Below are positions 58,853 through 64,000 of a DNA stretch of 64,000 bases, one piece after another; the stretch's first letter is position 1; each line of letters begins with the position of its first letter. A program made the position numbers and the translations under genes. The notes beneath the pieces were generated by a model. The model was not told the origin of the DNA and searched no databases. It saw only the letters and a program-made list of their open reading frames with translations. Source of the stretch: an uncultured Rhodospirillales bacterium (GTDB lineage: Bacteria > Pseudomonadota > Alphaproteobacteria > Ferrovibrionales > Ferrovibrionaceae); assembly GCA_937905845.1 (NCBI GenBank), contig CALCYJ010000208.1, positions 23-64,022 of the forward strand, in the 5' to 3' direction.

Positions 58853-59599
58853 TCAGTTGGATGATCCCAGGGCGACGACGAGCACCGGGTCGGCGCGATA
58901 GAATGTGGGCAGGATGCGCTTCAGATCTTCGATCTTCGGCAGGTCGTTGAAGGCGATGTAGGGATTGCTCGGGTGCCGGGTCAGGAAGTTCTGGTGATAG
59001 GCCTCGGCCGGATAGAACGTCTGGCCGGGCTCGATCCGGGTGACGATCGCGGCATCGAAGGCATGCGCCTGGTCGAGCTGGGCGATATAGGCTTTCGCCA
59101 CGCGGGCCTGCTCGGCATTGGTGGGGAAGATCGCCGAGCGATACTGGGTGCCGGAATCCGGTCCCTGCCGATCAAGTTCGGTCGGATCCTGGACGACCGA
59201 GAAGAAGATCTGCAACAGGCGGCCGTAGCTGATCTCCCGGGGATCGAAGGTGATCTGGACCGATTCCGCATGTCCCGTCGTGCCGGTGCTCACCATCTCG
59301 TAATGCGCCGTTGCCCGGCTGCCGCCGGTATAGCCGGAGACGGCGTCGGTGACGCCGATAACGTGCTGGAACACGCCCTGCACGCCCCAGAAGCAGCCGC
59401 CGGCCAGGATGGCGACCTCGGATGTCGCCGCTCCCGCCGACTCGTCGAGCGCGGGTGCCGGGATTGCGCGCGCGGCCTGCGCGGACGACGGCGATATCCG
59501 CAGCCCGATGCCCACCAGCAGCACGGCCGCGATGAGCAGGGCAGCCGGAATATGCCGACGGATGCGGGTGAAGATCGGGTATCCGCGAGATTGGGACAT
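58853..59599 (-). CDS. msrA: Peptide-methionine (S)-S-oxide reductase with N-terminal signal/anchor
   Basis: GCFWGVQGVF catalytic motif, preceded by the hydrophobic segment IPAALLIAAVLLVGIGL and an AQA-type cleavage context. Confidence 0.9.
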   Translation of the reverse strand: MSQSRGYPIFTRIRRHIPAALLIAAVLLVGIGLRISPSSAQAARAIPAPALDESAGAATSEVAILAGGCFWGVQGVFQHVIGVTDAVSGYTGGSRATAHYEMVSTGTTGHAESVQITFDPREISYGRLLQIFFSVVQDPTELDRQGPDSGTQYRSAIFPTNAEQARVAKAYIAQLDQAHAFDAAIVTRIEPGQTFYPAEAYHQNFLTRHPSNPYIAFNDLPKIEDLKRILPTFYRADPVLVVALGSSN

Positions 59600-59826
59600 C
59601 GATTGTCTCCGGGTTCAGCCGCAGGGGAAAGCCGGGCCCGGGGGCCGTCGTCCGCCATGCGCCGATCGATACTTTACAAGGAGAGACGCTATCTCATTCC
59701 GGACGGGGCGCGCGTAACATGTGCGTGATCCGCGGCGCGCGCTTCGGCTGGGTGGCCCGACACGCGCGAAAGGACGCCGGATTGGGCGCAGGCTCCGCGG
59801 CCGCGCTGACGCCGGCCGGCACGGCT

Positions 59827-60495
59827 CTATCCTTTTCGCGCGGCGGCACGGCGGACGCGGTCGGCAACCGGCGGCGGCGCCGTCTGGTCCAGGATGCCGA
59901 GCAGCACCATGTCGCCCAGGCCGCGGGCGATCGCGGCGACGCTGTCCGCTTTGCCGCGGCGCAGCCGGTGCCATTCCACCGACCAATTCATCGCGCCCAG
60001 CAGCATCAGCCGCACGAGCCGCAAGTCGGTTCCGGGTTTGATCGCGCCGCGCGCCGCGGTGTCCGCCAGCAGATCGCGCCACCAATCCTCGTAGCGGTCG
60101 CGCTCGGCCATCGTCGCCGCCCGCACATGGGGCGGCACATGACCGAAGATGCGGATATTGGCGCCGGTATAATCGTCCAGTTCCAGCAGCGCCCGCAGAT
60201 GAGCGCCGATTGCCGTGCGCAGGCGCGCCTCGGGCGCTGCACCCGCCCCGAGCGCGTCCACGTTGCGCCGTGCCTCGTCATAGACCGTCGCGACACCGGT
60301 ATTGAGCACCGCGGTGACGATCTCTTCCTTCGAGGCGAAATGATAATAGAGGCTGGCGGTCTTCATGCCGCAGGCATCGGCGATATCGCGCAGGCTCGTC
60401 TCCGCATAACCCTGCCCGCGAAACAGACGCGCCGCCTGATCCAGGACCAGGCGGCGCGAGGGGGAGGGGAGCGCGGGCTGCGGTGCGGCGTTCAT
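59827..60495 (-). CDS. TetR-family transcriptional regulator
   Basis: LVLDQAARLFRGQGYAETSLRDIADACGMKTASLYYHFASKEEIV is a TetR HTH. 222 aa. Confidence 0.9.
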   Translation of the reverse strand: MNAAPQPALPSPSRRLVLDQAARLFRGQGYAETSLRDIADACGMKTASLYYHFASKEEIVTAVLNTGVATVYDEARRNVDALGAGAAPEARLRTAIGAHLRALLELDDYTGANIRIFGHVPPHVRAATMAERDRYEDWWRDLLADTAARGAIKPGTDLRLVRLMLLGAMNWSVEWHRLRRGKADSVAAIARGLGDMVLLGILDQTAPPPVADRVRRAAARKG

Positions 60496-60502
60496 CTAAC
60501 TA

Positions 60503-60530
60503 ATATTAGGTTTGTCAGAATTTTCGTCAA
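60503..60530 (-). promoter_or_regulatory. Near-consensus promoter placed so that the tetR mRNA would be leaderless
   Basis: Minus strand reads TTGACG (60530-60525), 16-nt spacer, TAATAT (60508-60503), then 7 nt to the ATG at 60495. No SD is present. The 10-bp palindrome CTAATATTAG (60500-60509) overlaps the -10. Confidence 0.5.
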
Positions 60531-60703
60531 GAGATTCGGCCGCCGGCCGCGTCCCCGCCGGATCCGTTCCGGACGGGCCAGCGTCTCGCCGTTGCCGGCG
60601 GATGATGGCAATCGTCCAGGATTAAACGGGATTCAAAGCACGCTGCCACCGTCTGGGACGTTGTATTGCCACGCCTGCCGCCGGGCGCTCCGGACCCTGA
60701 GCC

Positions 60704-60733
60704 TTGACAGAGAAGGCTCGATTTACCTATCAT
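60704..60733 (+). promoter_or_regulatory. Sigma70-like promoter for the divergent ACAD gene
   Basis: TTGACA (60704-60709), 18-nt spacer, TATCAT (60728-60733). TTAGGTT (60737-60743) lies just downstream, and the same heptamer occurs at 60506-60512. Confidence 0.45.
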
Positions 60734-60761
60734 TTGTTAGGTTCATGAGGAGCATCATCGC

Positions 60762-61946
60762 ATGGCACCGGATGTTTCGGCGGCGGCGGATACCGCGGCT
60801 TCCGACCCCTATTTCACCGACGTGCATGAGCTGTTTCGCGCGCAGGTCCGCCGCTTCGTCGAAACGGAGATCAAGCCGCAGGCGGCCGCGTGGGAGGAAG
60901 CGGGTTTCGTGCCGCGCGAGATATTGCGCCGCATGGGCGAACTCGGCTTCCTTGGCATCCGCTACCCGGAAGTCTATGGCGGAAGCGCCATGGATACGCT
61001 CGCCACCGCTGTTCTTGCCGAGGAGCTGGGCCGCTCCACCTTCGGCGGCTTCGCGATTACCGTCCTCGTCCATACCGACATGGCCTCGCCTCATCTCGCC
61101 AACGCCGGCTCCCCGGCGCAGCAGGCGCGCTGGATGCCCGGGATCATCGCCGGCAGCGTGATCACCGCCGTCGCCGTAACCGAGCCCGATGCCGGGTCCG
61201 ACGTCGCCGGCATCCGCACCAGGGCCACGCGCGAGGGCGATTCTTACGTGCTCAACGGCAGCAAGATGTACATAACCAACGGCGTCCATGCCGATCTGGT
61301 GTTCGTCGCGGCCAAGACCGACCCCGCGGCCAAAGGCAGCCGCGGCATCTCGATCTTTGCGGTGGAGCGCGGCACGCCCGGATTCACGGTCGGCCGGGCG
61401 CTGAAGAAACACGGCTGGCTTTCCTCCGATACCGCCGAACTAATCTTCCAGGATTGCCGTGTCGCCGCGGCCGACCGGCTCGGCGAGGAAAACCGCGGCT
61501 TCTATGCCATCATGCGCAACTTCCAGAACGAGCGGATCGTGCTCGGCGCGCAGGCGATGGGCGAGGCGCAGGCGATGCTGGCGCTGACGCTGGACTGGGT
61601 CCGTGGCCGCAAGGCCTTCGGGGCCACGCTATGGGACATGCAGGTGATCCGTCACCGCCTGGCGATGCTGAGCGCCGAGATCGAAGCGGCGCGGCGCCTC
61701 GTCTACCACGCCGCCTGGCTCGATACGAAAGGGCGGGACTGCGTCCGCGAAGTCAGCCAGGCCAAGGCCCTGTGCGGCGAGCTGGTGAACCGGGTCGCCT
61801 ATGCCTGCCAGCAGTTTCACGGCGGCATGGGCTACTTGCGCGAAAGCACCATCGAACGGATGGTGCGCGACGCCCGCGTCCAGGCGATCGGCGGCGGCGC
61901 AACCGAGGTCATGCTCGAGGAAGTCGCCAAGCGGCTGTACGTCTGA
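60762..61946 (+). CDS. Acyl-CoA dehydrogenase
   Basis: 394 aa with a GAGGAG SD. VTEPDAGSDVA, YITNG and QAIGGGATEVMLEEVAKR motifs. Confidence 0.92.
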   Translation: MAPDVSAAADTAASDPYFTDVHELFRAQVRRFVETEIKPQAAAWEEAGFVPREILRRMGELGFLGIRYPEVYGGSAMDTLATAVLAEELGRSTFGGFAITVLVHTDMASPHLANAGSPAQQARWMPGIIAGSVITAVAVTEPDAGSDVAGIRTRATREGDSYVLNGSKMYITNGVHADLVFVAAKTDPAAKGSRGISIFAVERGTPGFTVGRALKKHGWLSSDTAELIFQDCRVAAADRLGEENRGFYAIMRNFQNERIVLGAQAMGEAQAMLALTLDWVRGRKAFGATLWDMQVIRHRLAMLSAEIEAARRLVYHAAWLDTKGRDCVREVSQAKALCGELVNRVAYACQQFHGGMGYLRESTIERMVRDARVQAIGGGATEVMLEEVAKRLYV

Positions 61947-61985
61947 AGCATCCTCCGCCGCGGCGCCGCCGGACCGCGAACGCCG

Positions 61986-63824
61986 TCAGGCCAGTTTCGT
62001 GAATCCGTCGGCGCTCCACCCTTCGCTCCCGACGCCGTGGTGGACGAAGAACAGGCCGTCGGGATCGTAACGTTCCTTGACGGCGAGCAATCTGGCGTAG
62101 TTCGAGCCCCAAAAGGCGCGCTGCCAATCGGGGGCGAAGAAATCGCTCTCCGACACATAGGAACCCGCGTTCGGAACCAGCTTGCGCAGCGCATCCATGG
62201 CGCGTCCGATGGCCTGCGCGCTCCGGCGGGCATGCGCGGCATCGGGTTCGTGACCGGGGATGCCGGGGTAGGCGGGCGGCCCGTCCGCCGCGCAGATGGC
62301 GAGCGCAAAGGCATCGAGCACGGCGGGATTCATCACCGTGTCGCGGGCCTGGGCGATGGCCTCGCCGGGGGCTCCCGCCAGGCCCTTGTTGACGTGCAGA
62401 GACAGGCCCCAATGCCGGCTTGCCGCAAACAGCGCATCCCCGAAAGCCTGCCGGCGATTGTCGTCGAGAAGAGAGGCCGGAAGCCAGGCGGACTGATAAC
62501 CGTACAATATCTGGCCGGCCTGCCCCTGATCGCCCGGCCAGAACACATTGTCCTTGGGCGCGCCCGTCCGGTCGTCGACTTTTATGAAGCCAAGGAGCCG
62601 CTTCAGGAACGTCGGGGCCCAGAAGCTTCGGGCCGCGGTCGACACGATCTTCAGCGGCAAGAATTCGATGTCGAAATCATCCGGCGCGCCGGCAACGGAC
62701 GTCAGGAACGGCTGCCAGATATCCTCCGCCTGGCTGCGGCTCAGCCCCTGGAACACCATCGCGATCCTGAGAATATTGTCGGGATGCAAGCGGATCTGCT
62801 CGCCCCAGTGCGGATTGAGCAGGCTCTGGTGGTAGAAATTGATGATCAGGCCGATCAGCTTGCGGAAGGCCGGCGCCGACGCGGCCTTGATCGTGATGTT
62901 CACTGCGCCGAACGTCTCCGGCAGATCGTGCAGTCGCAGGATGAGCCGCGTGACGATGCCCAAACTGCCGCCGCCGCCGCCCTTGAGGCCCCAGAACAGG
63001 TCCGGGTTCATGCAGGCGTTGGCGGTGCGCACGCTGCCATCCGCCGTCACGACCTCGGCCTCGAGCAGGCTTCCGGCTGCGAGCCCATAGGCTTTGGAAA
63101 AGCTGCCGAAGCCGCCGCTCAGGACCAGACCGGCGACGCCGACCGTCAGGCATCCGCCGCCCTGGACATAGAAGCCCGCCTTCGTGGTGACGGCGTCGTA
63201 GACATGCGCCCAGAGAGCCCCGGCCCCGACGCTGACCGCCCGCGTCGCCGCCGCCTGCCCCTCGCATCCCGCGCCGATGAAGGCATCGTGAAGGGTGGTG
63301 CCGGTCATCTTCCGCGTCCAGACCAGCAGGGAATCGGGCGCGTCGGAGGTGCCTTGATAGCTGTGGCCGCCGCCCTTCACCACAAGGCGCAAATGATTCT
63401 GCCGCGCGAAATTGACGGCGGCGACGACATCCTCCGTGCTTCGGGCGGCCACCGCATAGACGCTGGGCATCGAGGTCCAGGCATCGACCCAGCCGAGGGT
63501 TTGCGTCAGCCCGACCTCGTCGCCGAGATCATAGGGATTCTTGACCGATTTGAAGAATGACGCGCACGCGGGCCCTTCCGGCGCATTCAGGCAGGCCGTC
63601 AGGGGCGATTGCACCTTGATAAGCGCCTCGTCGACTTGCTCGCCTAGCTGCTGCCAGCGCGCATCCGATGGCCAGGCCGGATCGCCCGGGCGAACGCGAG
63701 AGAGCGGGCCGGGCATCGCCTCGGCGGGCCCAGGCGCGAATATCGGCGACAGGGTGCCGGGGAAAAAAGGCAGCGCCGCCGCGATCTGCAACAGGCGGCG
63801 TCTCGTGGGGGAGGGAGGTTTCAT
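61986..63824 (-). CDS. Tat-exported FAD-linked oxidase with BBE-like C-terminal domain
   Basis: MKPPSPTRRRLLQIAAALPFFPG twin-arginine signal. FAD-binding PCMH region LRLVVKGGGHSYQG. The C-terminus RYDPDGLFFVHHGVGSE is berberine-bridge-like. Confidence 0.85.
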   Translation of the reverse strand: MKPPSPTRRRLLQIAAALPFFPGTLSPIFAPGPAEAMPGPLSRVRPGDPAWPSDARWQQLGEQVDEALIKVQSPLTACLNAPEGPACASFFKSVKNPYDLGDEVGLTQTLGWVDAWTSMPSVYAVAARSTEDVVAAVNFARQNHLRLVVKGGGHSYQGTSDAPDSLLVWTRKMTGTTLHDAFIGAGCEGQAAATRAVSVGAGALWAHVYDAVTTKAGFYVQGGGCLTVGVAGLVLSGGFGSFSKAYGLAAGSLLEAEVVTADGSVRTANACMNPDLFWGLKGGGGGSLGIVTRLILRLHDLPETFGAVNITIKAASAPAFRKLIGLIINFYHQSLLNPHWGEQIRLHPDNILRIAMVFQGLSRSQAEDIWQPFLTSVAGAPDDFDIEFLPLKIVSTAARSFWAPTFLKRLLGFIKVDDRTGAPKDNVFWPGDQGQAGQILYGYQSAWLPASLLDDNRRQAFGDALFAASRHWGLSLHVNKGLAGAPGEAIAQARDTVMNPAVLDAFALAICAADGPPAYPGIPGHEPDAAHARRSAQAIGRAMDALRKLVPNAGSYVSESDFFAPDWQRAFWGSNYARLLAVKERYDPDGLFFVHHGVGSEGWSADGFTKLA

Positions 63825-63921
63825 CGCCTGGCTCGCTGCCGGTCGGGGTGACGGCGGGACAGGCTAATCCTGCCATCCTTCCGACGTCCAGCGGGCTTGT
63901 GGCGGCGTGAGAGCGGCGCTA

Positions 63922-64000
63922 TCAAGCGACGCCGTAAAGCCGGAACCAGGCGAGCATGCGCGTCCAGCCGTTTTCCGCATCGGCCGGACGGTAGCTTGGA
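63922..64000 (-). CDS. 3' end of a truncated gene, possibly dienelactone hydrolase-family
   Basis: The minus frame gives ...PSYRPADAENGWTRMLAWFRLYGVA* ending at TGA (63924-63922). This resembles DLH C-termini. Only 26 codons are visible. Confidence 0.35.
   Translation of the reverse strand, partial: PSYRPADAENGWTRMLAWFRLYGVA

Overview
High-GC (roughly 65-70% by eye) chromosomal segment, probably from an alphaproteobacterium of Rhizobiales type. That assignment is an inference from a SAM-II-like metZ leader, ApaG, MetZ, a PodJ-like Sel1 protein and an Omp25/OmpA-type porin. All calls come from reading the sequence and the ORF track; no searches were run.

Main content, in order:
- ald and a GntR/FCD regulator.
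- paaABCDE, the phenylacetyl-CoA epoxidase genes only.
- An AT-rich 139-bp inverted-repeat element in the paa promoter region.
- A PhnZ-like HD-domain protein with a methyltransferase, then mscL and an MFS transporter.
- An ~11-kb catabolic block (10.1-21.0 kb) that I cannot match to a known pathway. It holds a luciferase-like monooxygenase, an alpha/beta hydrolase, an OYE reductase, an orphan molybdo-hydroxylase large subunit, a family III CoA-transferase, a two-subunit CoA-transferase homologue with no catalytic Glu motif, an ACAD and an ECH.
- A Sel1/PodJ-like protein.
- A 13-kb MerR-headed beta-oxidation supercluster with tandem ACAD paralogues and three hotdog thioesterase modules.
- folE, apaG, an OmpA-like porin, and metZ behind a SAM-II-like leader plus terminator.
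- A Cys-rich radical SAM gene and tRNA-Gly(CCC).
- A lower-GC accessory stretch after the tRNA: a small ORF, a ModE-N/PBP regulator, a HutC regulator with its operator, a sugar ABC + class II aldolase + PfkB kinase cassette, and a DUF2784 + amidase + Liv-type ABC cluster with a LivM-LivG fusion.
- An exported MsrA, a TetR/ACAD pair and a Tat-exported FAD/BBE oxidase.

No CRISPR array, transposase, integrase, phage gene or recognisable defence or toxin-antitoxin module was seen. The best candidates for something undescribed are the 10-21 kb catabolic block (especially the Glu-less CoA-transferase pair and the orphan Mo subunit coupled to OYE), the HD/methyltransferase pair, the MITE-like element, and several repeat or palindrome regulatory sites.
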